64,000 nt of DNA, from NCBI GenBank assembly GCA_029882215.1, contig JAOULC010000004.1, forward strand, positions 61,701 to 125,700, given 5' to 3'. This stretch comes from Gammaproteobacteria bacterium. Its GTDB lineage: Bacteria; Pseudomonadota; Gammaproteobacteria; SZUA-229. The position numbers and the translations under genes are program-made. Within the stretch, counting starts at the first letter, position 1. Each line of letters begins with the position of its first letter. This document shows positions 10,179-20,087 of the stretch, one piece after another. A model generated the notes under the pieces. It was not told where the DNA came from. It saw only the letters and a program-made list of their open reading frames with translations, and made no database searches.

Positions 10179-10223
10179 AGGTTTTTGTCCGTTACCACTA
10201 CAGCCCGGCAGACCTGTTCAGAA

Positions 10224-11123
10224 TTATTCTGCATAAGCCTCCACTTTCAGTTTTTTCATTAGTGTATTGACAACACTATAGTTGTGCGCCGGCACCCAGC
10301 CAATGTATTTACCCGCTTTTGCAGCCAGGGTCTCAGGTTCCAGCGACAGGAGTATTTGCTGTATCTGCTGTTGCAGTTTTTGCGGAACGTTTCGCATTGC
10401 GGCAAAGCTCCACTCTGGGTACAGCTCTGTACTAAGAAAAAAAGGAAAGCTCTCTATATCTTTATTATTAAGAATACGAAAATATCTGAGATCAATTTCA
10501 CCGGTTGACTCCATATTTTCAAGCGTATCAGTTCGCACTACACCTACATCGGCTATACTATCCCTGACTGCCCGGACAACTTCCTGATGGGTTCTTGACT
10601 TACTAAACAATAATTTACGGGCGTCTTTGTACGGATCAAAATCATTTTTAAGCATCTCATACCACGCCATGCGCCAGCCACCAAATGCTGACTCTGATAC
10701 CGCCATCAGAACTTTGTCTTTAAAGTCTGATATTTTAATAATATTTTCATTACGCACATGGGTAAAGATCACCGATCCAAACTGATCCTGAGCTGTATTC
10801 GCGCGTTTATTGTTTAACGTAACCAATGCAGTTGCTCCGTATAATTGGTCTATTTCAACAAAAGATGACGGGTTAGTTAATACAAAATCAAACTCATGCT
10901 GACCTGCCAGTTTTGTTAATTCCTCCAGTTTTAATACAGGCATAAGGAAGAATCTATGCTCTGGGAATTGTGCATTCAGCACATTGACTGTTTGCTGCCA
11001 CTGTTGCTTGGCCTTTTCAATGCCATGATGTGCCCTGACAGCAATCCGGTATTCTTTAGCCAGCAAGCCCTGAGACAGAAATATGCACATCATTATCATA
11101 AGGGCTTTAATTGCTGGTCTCAT
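10224..11123 (-). CDS. Periplasmic PhnD-like substrate-binding protein, predicted co-sensor, co-transcribed upstream of hybrid kinase 7305..10178
   Basis: 299 aa with signal peptide; PhnD/phosphonate-bd family pattern (YRIAV..., SESAFGGW, DVGVVRTD); 45-nt gap to downstream kinase on same strand. Confidence 0.75.
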   Translation of the reverse strand: MRPAIKALMIMMCIFLSQGLLAKEYRIAVRAHHGIEKAKQQWQQTVNVLNAQFPEHRFFLMPVLKLEELTKLAGQHEFDFVLTNPSSFVEIDQLYGATALVTLNNKRANTAQDQFGSVIFTHVRNENIIKISDFKDKVLMAVSESAFGGWRMAWYEMLKNDFDPYKDARKLLFSKSRTHQEVVRAVRDSIADVGVVRTDTLENMESTGEIDLRYFRILNNKDIESFPFFLSTELYPEWSFAAMRNVPQKLQQQIQQILLSLEPETLAAKAGKYIGWVPAHNYSVVNTLMKKLKVEAYAE

Positions 11124-11369
11124 TACTGATCTCGGTGATTATTGCTTTAAAAGAGATGCCGTTAAATATAAATATTTACTAGTATTGATTCATAGTTTAG
11201 TACAAGTATCCGGTCTTTTCTGTCGTCGATATAAATATAGTAATATTATGATATACCTGTTCTTTAACTATCACTACTGTATAAGTAGCGCATAGCAGGC
11301 TCCTTAAGTTTTTGATTTATTTGACTAATTAAACGCTTCTGTGCAGGACTAATAAGAGCACTGCACGGC

Positions 11370-11843
11370 TTAAGGTGATTCATACCACTCAAGCATGCCT
11401 GATCCTGGCTTCAGGTCCTTCCATTGTTCAATATCAAAGCTGATACAACAAAGACCCGCTGTATTAAAAGTAAGCGTTTCACCCGTCAGGCTATTGGCTA
11501 ATTCAGACCAGGTAGGTTCATGACCTACCAGCATAACAACCTTGTCGTTTTCACTGAGGTGCTTGAATAATTCAAACAGCACGTTAACTGTGGTGTTATA
11601 AAGTGCATCTGTAACGGTACTGTCACACTCCCACTGCCCTGCCATCATTGCCAGATTCATGGTTTCAACAGCCCGGCTGGCTGATGAACAGACCACCAGA
11701 TCCGGGTGAATGTCTTTTTCATTAAGCAATTCGCCCATGAATTTTGCCTGCTGTATACCATGTTTGGTCAGGGTTCTTTCATGGTCACTGGGAGCATCCA
11801 TTCCGGACTTTGCATGACGAAAAATTAAAAGTGTGTGTGACAT
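11370..11843 (-). CDS. sixA: Phosphohistidine phosphatase SixA (histidine phosphatase superfamily)
   Basis: 157 aa; RHG motif (LIFRHAKS), catalytic His in LVGHEP; size and pattern typical of SixA. Confidence 0.8.
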   Translation of the reverse strand: MSHTLLIFRHAKSGMDAPSDHERTLTKHGIQQAKFMGELLNEKDIHPDLVVCSSASRAVETMNLAMMAGQWECDSTVTDALYNTTVNVLFELFKHLSENDKVVMLVGHEPTWSELANSLTGETLTFNTAGLCCISFDIEQWKDLKPGSGMLEWYESP

Positions 11844-12006
11844 ATACAGTTGCCTTGTTTTGTTCTTGAAATAAAATTACCAGTTTTAATTTACGTTTTA
11901 CTAGCTCACCTTCAGTCAGATATTCCTCGTCGTAACGGTTATTAGACTGGTTGTTAATAATACCGGCCTTCATCAGTTGATGCTGATTGATGACGCTATC
12001 TCGTTT

Positions 12007-12600
12007 TTAAAGTACCTGACAGGCTTCATCAAAAGTAAGTCGCGGCAGTCTGCCATACAGTTTGCTGTCATCGCCGTAACCAATCGCACAGATAAAATTA
12101 CACTTTACTTTTCCGTCAGGGAAAAATTCGTTATTTAATTTATCATAATCAAGTCCGGACATAGGACCGCAATCCAGCCCCAGACTTCTAACCGCCAGCA
12201 TAAAATACGCCGCCTGAAGCGAACTGTTTCTGAAAGCATTTTCTTCAATTTTCTTCTCATTACCAATGAACCATGAACGGGCATCATCATGCGGGAATAA
12301 CTGCGGCAGTTTTTCATAAAATTCCATATCCATGGCAATAATAGCAACCGCGGGTGCCGACATAGACTTTTCAACATTGCCTGCTGCTAGACAAGCCTTC
12401 AGCCGCAGTTTAGCTGCATCTGACTGTACAAACACGAATCTTGCAGGGCAGGAATTGGCGCTGGTCGGGCCCATTTTCATCAGCTCATATATTTGTTCTA
12501 TGATGCCGTCCGGCAAGGACTTATCCTGCCAGCCATTATGGCTTCTGGCCGATAAAAACAAGGTATCTAATGCTGTCTGATCTAATTTTTTAACCGTCAT
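12007..12600 (-). CDS. Nitroreductase-family protein, RutE/YdjA-like (putative malonic semialdehyde reductase)
   Basis: 197 aa; colinear similarity to E. coli RutE (ARTHNGW, MKWGPTSANCSPAR, FRNSS.QAAY, GPMSG, IGYGD.SKLY.RLPRL.FEEAC). Confidence 0.8.
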   Translation of the reverse strand: MTVKKLDQTALDTLFLSARSHNGWQDKSLPDGIIEQIYELMKMGPTSANSCPARFVFVQSDAAKLRLKACLAAGNVEKSMSAPAVAIIAMDMEFYEKLPQLFPHDDARSWFIGNEKKIEENAFRNSSLQAAYFMLAVRSLGLDCGPMSGLDYDKLNNEFFPDGKVKCNFICAIGYGDDSKLYGRLPRLTFDEACQVL

Positions 12601-12623
12601 TGTGTATTCTCTTTATATATTAA

Positions 12624-14447
12624 TTATTCTGTATGAAAACTATCATATATTAATTGTGCTAATGCCTTACTAATACCCGGTGTTTTAGCCAGATCTTCTA
12701 CACCCGCTTTGCTGACCGCCTGCAAGCCACCGAAGTGTTTTAGTATCGACTGACGCCTTTTAGCACCCATACCCGGTATCTGCTCCAGCTGCGATGTGGT
12801 TCTGGATTTTTGCCGCTTCGCACGGTGACCGGTGATTGCAAAGCGATGCGCTTCATCACGCACATGCAAAATTAAATTCAGAGCCATGGACTGCTGCCCG
12901 GGGTAAAGTTCCGTGCCATCGGTCATGACCAGCTTTTCAAGTCCGGCTTTTCTGCCCTCACCTTTGGCCACACCAATTAACAACACGTCTTCTATTTCCA
13001 GCTGATTCATTACTTCGATCGCCTGTGATAGCTGACCTTTACCACCGTCTATAAACAATATATCCGGTTTTTTGCCTTCGCTTTTTCGGATTTTTGCGTA
13101 ACGCCTTTTCAGTGCCTGTTTCATTGCCGCATAATCATCACCAGGCTCTATGCCTTCAATATTAAAACGACGATAATCGGTTTTTAACGGCCCTTCAGGT
13201 GTAAACACAACACAGGAAGCCACGGTGGCTTCGCCCATCGTATGGCTGATATCAAAACACTCTAATCTTGCGGGCATATGATCAAGGTGTAATAACGCCT
13301 GTAGTGCATCAAACCGTTTAATCATTCCTGCTGCGGAGTTAACCCGCGTGAGCAGCGCCTTTTGCGCATTCTGTCTGGCATTATCCAGCCAGTGCCTTCG
13401 GTCACTGCGCACCGAACTGGAAAGCATCACTTTCTTACCGCGTTTATCAGACAGCACCTCGGCAATGAGCTCATGGTCCGGCAGACTTTCACTTAGAATT
13501 ATTTCAGCCGGAATGTCGTTATTAAGATAATACTGCGGTAAAAAGGCATTTAATATATCAGCCTCCTGCATACTCTCAGGCAGCTTTGGAAAGAAACTTT
13601 TGGTACCAAGACTCTGACCATTTCTGATAAAAAATATTTCTACACAGGCGTGACCGGCATGTGTCGCACAGGCAATGACATCAATATCGCCGCCGGAGCC
13701 AGTCATGTACTGGCCTTCAATAACACTTTGTAAATAACTAATCTGATCTCTGAACTCAGCGGCTTTTTCAAACTGCAACAATGTAGCAGCCTGCTCCATC
13801 TGTGCGACCAGATCCTGAACCACTTTCTGGCTTTTACCTTCAAGAAACTGTGTGACATGTAAGATATCATTTGCATAATTATGCTGGCTAATGCTTTTAA
13901 CGCACGGTGCGGTACAGCGTTTAATTTGATATTGCAGACAGGGCCTGCTGCGATTTTTAAAATAGCTATCATCACACTGGCGAATGCGGAAGACTTTTTG
14001 TATCAGGTTCAGTGTTTCCCTGACGGCTCCGGCATTCGGATAAGGACCGAAATAGCGACCTTTTTTTCGTTTGGTGCCGCGGTGAAGCCTGAGCATCGGG
14101 TAATCGTCCTCCGTTGACAAAAACAAAAACGGATAACTTTTATCATCGCGTAAAAGAATGTTATATCGCGGCAGAAACTCTTTAATTAAATTACTTTCAA
14201 GAATTAATGCCTCACCTTCCGTATGTGTGATGGTTGTTTCAATGTTTATAATCTGTGAGACCAGCGACTGTGTTTTAGCACTTAAACCGGTATTTCTGAA
14301 ATAGCTGGACAGCCTTTTCTTGAGATCTTTCGCTTTACCAACGTATATTATCTCATTTTTTTCATTATACATCCGGTATACACCCGGCAATGAGCTGCAG
14401 TTTTTAAGATAATTTTTTGCATCGAAGGTTTGTGGTTTATCAGTCAT
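12624..14447 (-). CDS. uvrC: Excinuclease ABC subunit C (UvrC)
   Basis: 607 aa; N-terminal GIY-YIG (GVYRMY...IYVGKAKDLKKRLSSYF), UvrBC-interaction, RNaseH-like and C-terminal HhH regions; adjacent to uvrY as in enterobacteria. Confidence 0.95.
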   Translation of the reverse strand: MTDKPQTFDAKNYLKNCSSLPGVYRMYNEKNEIIYVGKAKDLKKRLSSYFRNTGLSAKTQSLVSQIINIETTITHTEGEALILESNLIKEFLPRYNILLRDDKSYPFLFLSTEDDYPMLRLHRGTKRKKGRYFGPYPNAGAVRETLNLIQKVFRIRQCDDSYFKNRSRPCLQYQIKRCTAPCVKSISQHNYANDILHVTQFLEGKSQKVVQDLVAQMEQAATLLQFEKAAEFRDQISYLQSVIEGQYMTGSGGDIDVIACATHAGHACVEIFFIRNGQSLGTKSFFPKLPESMQEADILNAFLPQYYLNNDIPAEIILSESLPDHELIAEVLSDKRGKKVMLSSSVRSDRRHWLDNARQNAQKALLTRVNSAAGMIKRFDALQALLHLDHMPARLECFDISHTMGEATVASCVVFTPEGPLKTDYRRFNIEGIEPGDDYAAMKQALKRRYAKIRKSEGKKPDILFIDGGKGQLSQAIEVMNQLEIEDVLLIGVAKGEGRKAGLEKLVMTDGTELYPGQQSMALNLILHVRDEAHRFAITGHRAKRQKSRTTSQLEQIPGMGAKRRQSILKHFGGLQAVSKAGVEDLAKTPGISKALAQLIYDSFHTE

Positions 14448-14613
14448 AACTAAGTTTTTCTAAACCGGATAATAGTGTGTCGATTGTTTTTACTGGCGCC
14501 GTTTAAAAAGCGCAGCACAGGAGAAGTAGTTAACTGAATTCAAACAGAGATGCCGATTTTAGCCCGGCATTTAACAGCCCAGTGACAGATCACTAGCCTG
14601 TAGAAAACATGCG

Positions 14614-15279
14614 TTAGTTGTTGATATGTTCTTCAATATCATCATCCAGAATACCGTGCTGGATAGCCAGCCTCATCATTTCAACATCGTTCGTTACTCC
14701 CAGCTTCTCATGCAGTCGTTTACGGTAGGTACTGACCGTCTTCGGGCTGAGGTTTAACTTATCTGAAATAGTCGATGTACGCTGGCCCTGACTGATCATC
14801 AGCAGTACCTGCAGCTCTCGCTGCGACAAGGTGTCAATCGGCGAGTCATTGCCCGGCAGCATGGATAAGGCCAGCTGCTGTGCAATACTGGGAGCGATGT
14901 ACTTCAGTCCTTTTGAAACTTTATGTATCGCATCCACCATCTCCTGTACTTCGCAGCCCTTGGTTAAATAACCAACAGCACCGGCTTCAAGTAATCGTTT
15001 AGGCAATGGCCCGTCACTATGGACAGTAATGATAATGATTTTAGTATTGGGGCAGATAGTCTGTAAACGATGAGTGGCTTCAAAGCCACCGATTCCGGGC
15101 ATGTTGATATCCATCAGGATGACATCAGGGGGATCTATCCGGCATTTTTCCAGACACTCTTCACCACTGCTAACATCAGAAACGACCTCGATACCCAGCT
15201 GATTTTGCAATAAGCTTTTGATGCCAAATCTAACCAGATCATGATCATCTACCAACATAACACGAATAGCCATCAACAC
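14614..15279 (-). CDS. uvrY: Response regulator UvrY/GacA (REC + LuxR-type HTH)
   Basis: 221 aa; MLVDDHDLVRFG receiver start, D54 region ILMDINMPG, C-terminal LuxR HTH; conserved uvrY-uvrC synteny. Confidence 0.9.
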   Translation of the reverse strand: MLMAIRVMLVDDHDLVRFGIKSLLQNQLGIEVVSDVSSGEECLEKCRIDPPDVILMDINMPGIGGFEATHRLQTICPNTKIIIITVHSDGPLPKRLLEAGAVGYLTKGCEVQEMVDAIHKVSKGLKYIAPSIAQQLALSMLPGNDSPIDTLSQRELQVLLMISQGQRTSTISDKLNLSPKTVSTYRKRLHEKLGVTNDVEMMRLAIQHGILDDDIEEHINN

Positions 15280-15363
15280 CTCTAATTATACTTTTAGTTA
15301 AAACTATCTATGTAAGTATTTCAAATATAAACCATTAAGCCTTAAAAAGACATCTCAGCCAGT

Positions 15364-15834
15364 CTACCAGTTCTTATATGGGTGTTTTATTAAATTCACA
15401 TTATAGTATCGCGGATCCTCACTGACTTCCTCAGCCAGCCACTCAGGTCGCTCAAAACTCTCGCTTTCACAGCTCAGCTCAATTTCGGCAACGATCAGGC
15501 CCTCGTTCTCTGCAAAGAACTCATCAATCTCCCAGACATGTTCCTCAACAGCAATACGGTGACGGGTTTTATGTACTTGTGGCTGCCGGCACAGTTTATC
15601 AAGCATCTCCAGCGCATCGCTTAACGGAATGTCATATTCATATTCCAGCCGTGTAATACCAATCGTTGCACTTTTAATATTAATATTGGCACGCTCACCT
15701 TCAACTCTGACTCGTACAGACGAGGTATCCAGCGGTGCCAGATAGCCCTGGCGAATAAGCGTTGATGATTGTACATATTCCCGCCAGTTGTTATTTTTTA
15801 ATAAAAACTTACGCTCAATTTCTAGCGCCACCAT
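15364..15834 (-). CDS. CYTH-domain protein (CyaB-like triphosphate tunnel metalloenzyme)
   Basis: 156 aa beginning EIERKFLL (ExExK motif) with downstream acidic strands typical of CYTH. Confidence 0.7.
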   Translation of the reverse strand: MVALEIERKFLLKNNNWREYVQSSTLIRQGYLAPLDTSSVRVRVEGERANINIKSATIGITRLEYEYDIPLSDALEMLDKLCRQPQVHKTRHRIAVEEHVWEIDEFFAENEGLIVAEIELSCESESFERPEWLAEEVSEDPRYYNVNLIKHPYKNW

Positions 15835-15921
15835 AACCCCCTACTAATTTACTTGCAGCAACCTACATAATATGTCAAAAGTAAGCTTTAATAACCCTTA
15901 TAATTAACCCTGAGCGCCACT

Positions 15922-17046
15922 ATGACGCAATACACCTGCGACTTTAACCTTAAAGACAATCTGATTCACCTCAACCATGCGGCAGTTGCTCCCTGGCCTG
16001 TACAAACCCAGCTGGCCGTGCAGGCATTTGCCGAAGAAAATGTCCGTCAAGGCTCCTTAAATTACCTGCAATGGCTTGAGCATGAAGCGAACTTAAGGCG
16101 ATTATTAAAAACGCTTATCAATGCTGATTCAACCGACGAAATTGCCCTGCTTAAAAGTACTTCAGAGGCACTATCCGTGGTCGCTTACGGACTCGACTGG
16201 CAAGCCGGTGATTCGGTGGTGATAGCCGCTGAAGAATTTCCTTCTAACCGTATTCTATGGCAGTCACTTGAGCAGTTTGGCGTTACGGTGAGGCAGGTGA
16301 GCTATCAGACAGATGATGATGCAGAGCAGCTTATGATTCATGCCTGTGATAAGACAACGCGTTTAATTTCAGTCAGTGCGGTGCAATATGCTTCTGGCAG
16401 ACGTACCGACCTGGAAAAAATCGGTCTTCATTGCGAACAAAATAATATTTTATTTTGTGTTGATGCGATTCAGCAACTCGGTGCATTAGACTTCGACGTG
16501 AATAAAGTGAAAGCTGATTTTGTAGCGGCAGACGGTCACAAATGGATGCTGGGCGCTGAAGGACTGGCATTGTTTTATTGCAGAAAAAAACACCTGACAA
16601 CACTAAAGCTGCATCAATACGGCTGGCACATGCTCGAAAATCCGCATGATTTTGATGCCACAGACTGCTCGCCTGCACAATCGGCACGGCGCTTTGAATG
16701 CGGCAGCCCGAACACGATGGGCATTATTGCACTCGAGCAAAGCCTGCTTCTGCTTGAGTCTGTTGGACTGGCAAACATCGAAAAAATTATTCTTGATAAT
16801 ACACGATTTTTAATTGAGCAATTTTCAAACAATCCAAACCTTGAAGTATTGAGTTCAACCGAACCGGCCAGATTATCAGCCATCGTAGTGGTCCGTCATA
16901 AACAAATGCCAAGCAGTGAATTATTTGATTACTTAAAACAACACCACGTCTTGTGTGCACCACGCGGTGGTGGCATTCGCTTTTCACCGCATTACTACAC
17001 GCCTCGCGACAAGCTTGAACAATTAGTTAAATTATTAGCTTTCTGA
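15922..17046 (+). CDS. Class V aminotransferase (PLP-dependent, cysteine desulfurase/epimerase-like)
   Basis: 374 aa; PLP lysine context DGHKWMLG, class-V fold pattern. Confidence 0.75.
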   Translation: MTQYTCDFNLKDNLIHLNHAAVAPWPVQTQLAVQAFAEENVRQGSLNYLQWLEHEANLRRLLKTLINADSTDEIALLKSTSEALSVVAYGLDWQAGDSVVIAAEEFPSNRILWQSLEQFGVTVRQVSYQTDDDAEQLMIHACDKTTRLISVSAVQYASGRRTDLEKIGLHCEQNNILFCVDAIQQLGALDFDVNKVKADFVAADGHKWMLGAEGLALFYCRKKHLTTLKLHQYGWHMLENPHDFDATDCSPAQSARRFECGSPNTMGIIALEQSLLLLESVGLANIEKIILDNTRFLIEQFSNNPNLEVLSSTEPARLSAIVVVRHKQMPSSELFDYLKQHHVLCAPRGGGIRFSPHYYTPRDKLEQLVKLLAF

Positions 17047-17084
17047 TGACGGATCGGTTTATGCACGGCATGGCTACACTCTTA

Positions 17085-19919
17085 TTAAAAAGCGCCGCCG
17101 ACTTTAAGGTAATAATATTCATCACCGGTTTCATCCAGTCCCTGTGCATAACCCAGACGGATTTGCGGTGTAAAATTATAAAAAAAATTAAGATCGATCA
17201 GCCACTCCACACCGACACTTTGCAACGGTTTTTTATCCTGACCATCAAACCAGCTAGCACCTGTTTCGGCAAACAGCCTGCCAGAGTGCTTCATAATACC
17301 TACAGGGGGTGCCATAATGCCTTTTTCAACATGCCGTAATGGAAAGCGCCACTCGATGGAAGCCAGCTGCAGATGATTACCCATTTGAGTATTATCAGCA
17401 TAGCCGCGCAATGCAAAGTGACGTTTATTAAATGTCGTGCGGGAATATTGGGGGTTAAGTAGTGTTACTGAATCCCAGTCACTCTCTAAGCCACCAATTG
17501 TGTAGGCTCGCATGTCAGGATCTGCACTGGCTGTTACGTATCTTAAGGCCAAGCTGTGGTGTGAACCAAGCCTGAAATATTCGCGCCAGTCGAGAGTGGT
17601 CGCTGTGCCTGAATAATCACTGCTGAATACATCACTACTCTCTGTTACCAGCAACACATCTCTGCCAGTTTCAGGGCTGTTACCTTTCATAAATGACTGT
17701 TTACTGTCATAAAAGATGCTGAACCCCAACAAATCATCACTTTGATCCAGAAAGCCGGTGACACCGCTGGCACGATAAACATCTGCTTCATGATTATCGA
17801 TCAGGCCCAAACTTAATCGCCAGCGACTTTTTAAGCTAGTGAACGGTAAAGAAAAACGTAATTGTGCCTGACGGTTGGTTCTGATGATATCTGTCAGCCC
17901 CGTTGAATGATTTGAGAAAAGGCTGTTTTCTCTGGCGACGACAAAGCCCAGCCAGTTATCATACTGATACAGTAAGGAGCCGGTCAGGTCAGACTGTTCA
18001 TAGCCGTAAGCCAGATTGAGCTGATAATAATGGTTGTCTAATGAATCATTTGAAGATGTTATAAAACCAATCTCACTGGCTTTATCCTGCAGCACCAGCC
18101 ATGGAAACCAGTATTTAGGGATAAGGTCCGGCCAGGGAGAATACTCCTTAAACGTGTATGTTAATGTGTCATCTGGCAAAGGCTCATTAAAACGAATGAG
18201 CCGCTTCACGGCTGGCTTTAACTGCGGTGGATGGCTTGCTTGCAGGTCCGTTGAATGAATCGTATAGCCGTCTCTTGCAAATAACTGATAATACAGGCGC
18301 TCATTATGCAGCACAGGAGAAAACGCACCGCTAACAACATTAGTCAGCGGCGTAAAAACAGCAGAATTAAATGGCTTAACATATATATTGTAAACACCGC
18401 TTATATCACTGCTAAATAAAACAGCAGACTGATCAGGCGTATATCGCGCCTGCATAAAATTGGCGTTATCTGCAACCAGCTGGCTCCAGTTTGATGATGT
18501 TAAGTCAAACTCATGGATTCCCCATTTTGTATTCAGCTCTTTTTTGCTAACCAGTAGCCTGCCTCTTTCATCAGACCAGTCGAGGCTACTGACAACATCA
18601 CCATATTGTCCGCTCCATAATGTTTTTATCAGTTGTGCATTTTGATCCAGTAAATCAATCTGCGGAACGGAAGCAACTGTCCTCGCTGCAAGCAAATGAC
18701 CGGTCTTTTTTACAACGGTAATGTTTTTATAGCGAGAGCACTTAGTCAGCTGCTCAAGCTGTTGTGTTACCAGACTGTAACGGTATAGATCATAGTAAAT
18801 ACTATATTCGTCGCAGAATTCCGGCTGTGAAATATAGATCAGATTATCTTCGCCAACACTAAAGTAACTGTCTCTGTTTAATTCAATTAATGCTGTCTTC
18901 TTTGTATTTTTCAGCAGCATTAATTGTGAAACAGTTTCATAGTTATCTTCGATATAAAGCATTGCTCCATCATCCATGAACTGGATAACCGATAATTGAT
19001 GCGGCTGATTAACAATAACAACATCCGGCTTGGATTTTACCGCTTCAAGTGCTGATATCTGTCCGCTAAAACGATGCGTAAGATAGAGTTTAAACTCGTC
19101 CCATAGCTGCGATATATCTTTGCCAAAAACACGTTTGCTGTTTGAGTTTATTGAAAATGGCACGATGTTATCACTGTAAAGCTGAATCATTTTATTAATG
19201 GATTCAATACCGTAGCGGTCTTTTAAAAACTGATAGAAAAAAACACCATACAGATAATGTCGCCCCAGTGGCTGACTATCAACCGGCAAGTTCACCGTCT
19301 CCACCGCCAGCAAGCCTTGCCTTATCTCTTCCCGCATCAGCATTTCAAAACCGCTGCTTTGTCCTCTGCCAATACCCTCATGGGTTTCATAATGCGTCGC
19401 CAGACCCTCAATAAGCCATTTTGGTTGCAGGATATTTGGAAACAGTAGAAGATAACGGCCAAACACTTTTCGCAGAGAAGACACCTTGCCGACAGATTTA
19501 TCCAGATGAAAAATATGTGTCAGCTCATGCTCAATCAATAATGTTAACCAGTCATCATAATCTTCAAGCTGGGCGGGTTTATCCGCCGGTGAAAGCTGCA
19601 ACACCATTCTGTTGAAGGGGTAAGGTGTAGCACTGCCATTTGCCCAATCCTGATCATCTGAAACAACAATGCTTATTTTATCTTTGGGTGTCCATGCCAG
19701 TTTTTGTTGCAGTTCAAGATAGAATTTTTCAGCAATAAATGCAGAGCGCTTTGCCTGAGCTCGGTATGCCTCAAGATAGTGAACATTAAAGTGTTCGCTA
19801 ACTAAGGTTTCCCAGTGAGCTGAAGGGTTCGCGGCTAATGCAGATGAGGTATTAAAAACAAAAAAGATTAATAGAAAACGCGTCATCCATAAGTACATAG
19901 TAATATTATATTTCCGCAA
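17085..19919 (-). CDS. Outer-membrane protein with N-terminal HExxH zinc-peptidase-like domain, central TolB-like beta-propeller, and C-terminal Omp85-type beta-barrel
   Basis: 944 aa; signal peptide (…SSALA); HELTH motif ~aa 130; PD40-like repeats (DWSDERGRLLV, YTPDQSAVLFSSDISGVYNIYV); C-terminal aromatic-terminal barrel signature …YYLKVGGAF. Confidence 0.6.
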   Translation of the reverse strand: MRKYNITMYLWMTRFLLIFFVFNTSSALAANPSAHWETLVSEHFNVHYLEAYRAQAKRSAFIAEKFYLELQQKLAWTPKDKISIVVSDDQDWANGSATPYPFNRMVLQLSPADKPAQLEDYDDWLTLLIEHELTHIFHLDKSVGKVSSLRKVFGRYLLLFPNILQPKWLIEGLATHYETHEGIGRGQSSGFEMLMREEIRQGLLAVETVNLPVDSQPLGRHYLYGVFFYQFLKDRYGIESINKMIQLYSDNIVPFSINSNSKRVFGKDISQLWDEFKLYLTHRFSGQISALEAVKSKPDVVIVNQPHQLSVIQFMDDGAMLYIEDNYETVSQLMLLKNTKKTALIELNRDSYFSVGEDNLIYISQPEFCDEYSIYYDLYRYSLVTQQLEQLTKCSRYKNITVVKKTGHLLAARTVASVPQIDLLDQNAQLIKTLWSGQYGDVVSSLDWSDERGRLLVSKKELNTKWGIHEFDLTSSNWSQLVADNANFMQARYTPDQSAVLFSSDISGVYNIYVKPFNSAVFTPLTNVVSGAFSPVLHNERLYYQLFARDGYTIHSTDLQASHPPQLKPAVKRLIRFNEPLPDDTLTYTFKEYSPWPDLIPKYWFPWLVLQDKASEIGFITSSNDSLDNHYYQLNLAYGYEQSDLTGSLLYQYDNWLGFVVARENSLFSNHSTGLTDIIRTNRQAQLRFSLPFTSLKSRWRLSLGLIDNHEADVYRASGVTGFLDQSDDLLGFSIFYDSKQSFMKGNSPETGRDVLLVTESSDVFSSDYSGTATTLDWREYFRLGSHHSLALRYVTASADPDMRAYTIGGLESDWDSVTLLNPQYSRTTFNKRHFALRGYADNTQMGNHLQLASIEWRFPLRHVEKGIMAPPVGIMKHSGRLFAETGASWFDGQDKKPLQSVGVEWLIDLNFFYNFTPQIRLGYAQGLDETGDEYYYLKVGGAF

Positions 19920-20087
19920 ACGTATACATGAAAGCCAGGTTTCTTATTATTAAAGTTTACTTGATCGGTGCTAAATAATCAGAAAAAGTTTAACAAATTC
20001 ATATTATTACAGCTAAACTTAAAGCAATGTTAGTGTTTCATATAAGGAACGGAATAACACTGACATTAGTCAAATAATGTATGGCCC

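Noticed and set aside
11785-11973. 62-aa minus-strand ORF upstream of sixA
   Set aside because: Overlaps the sixA start; Asn-rich, no RBS, sits in the promoter region.
14448-14613. Looked for a CsrB/RsmZ-type GGA-repeat sRNA near uvrY and in other spacers
   Set aside because: No clustered AGGA/CAGGA repeat motifs seen in any intergenic region of the window.
17046-17339. 97-aa plus-strand ORF after the class V aminotransferase
   Set aside because: Overlaps the 3' end of the 944-aa outer-membrane protein gene on the opposite strand; no homology features.
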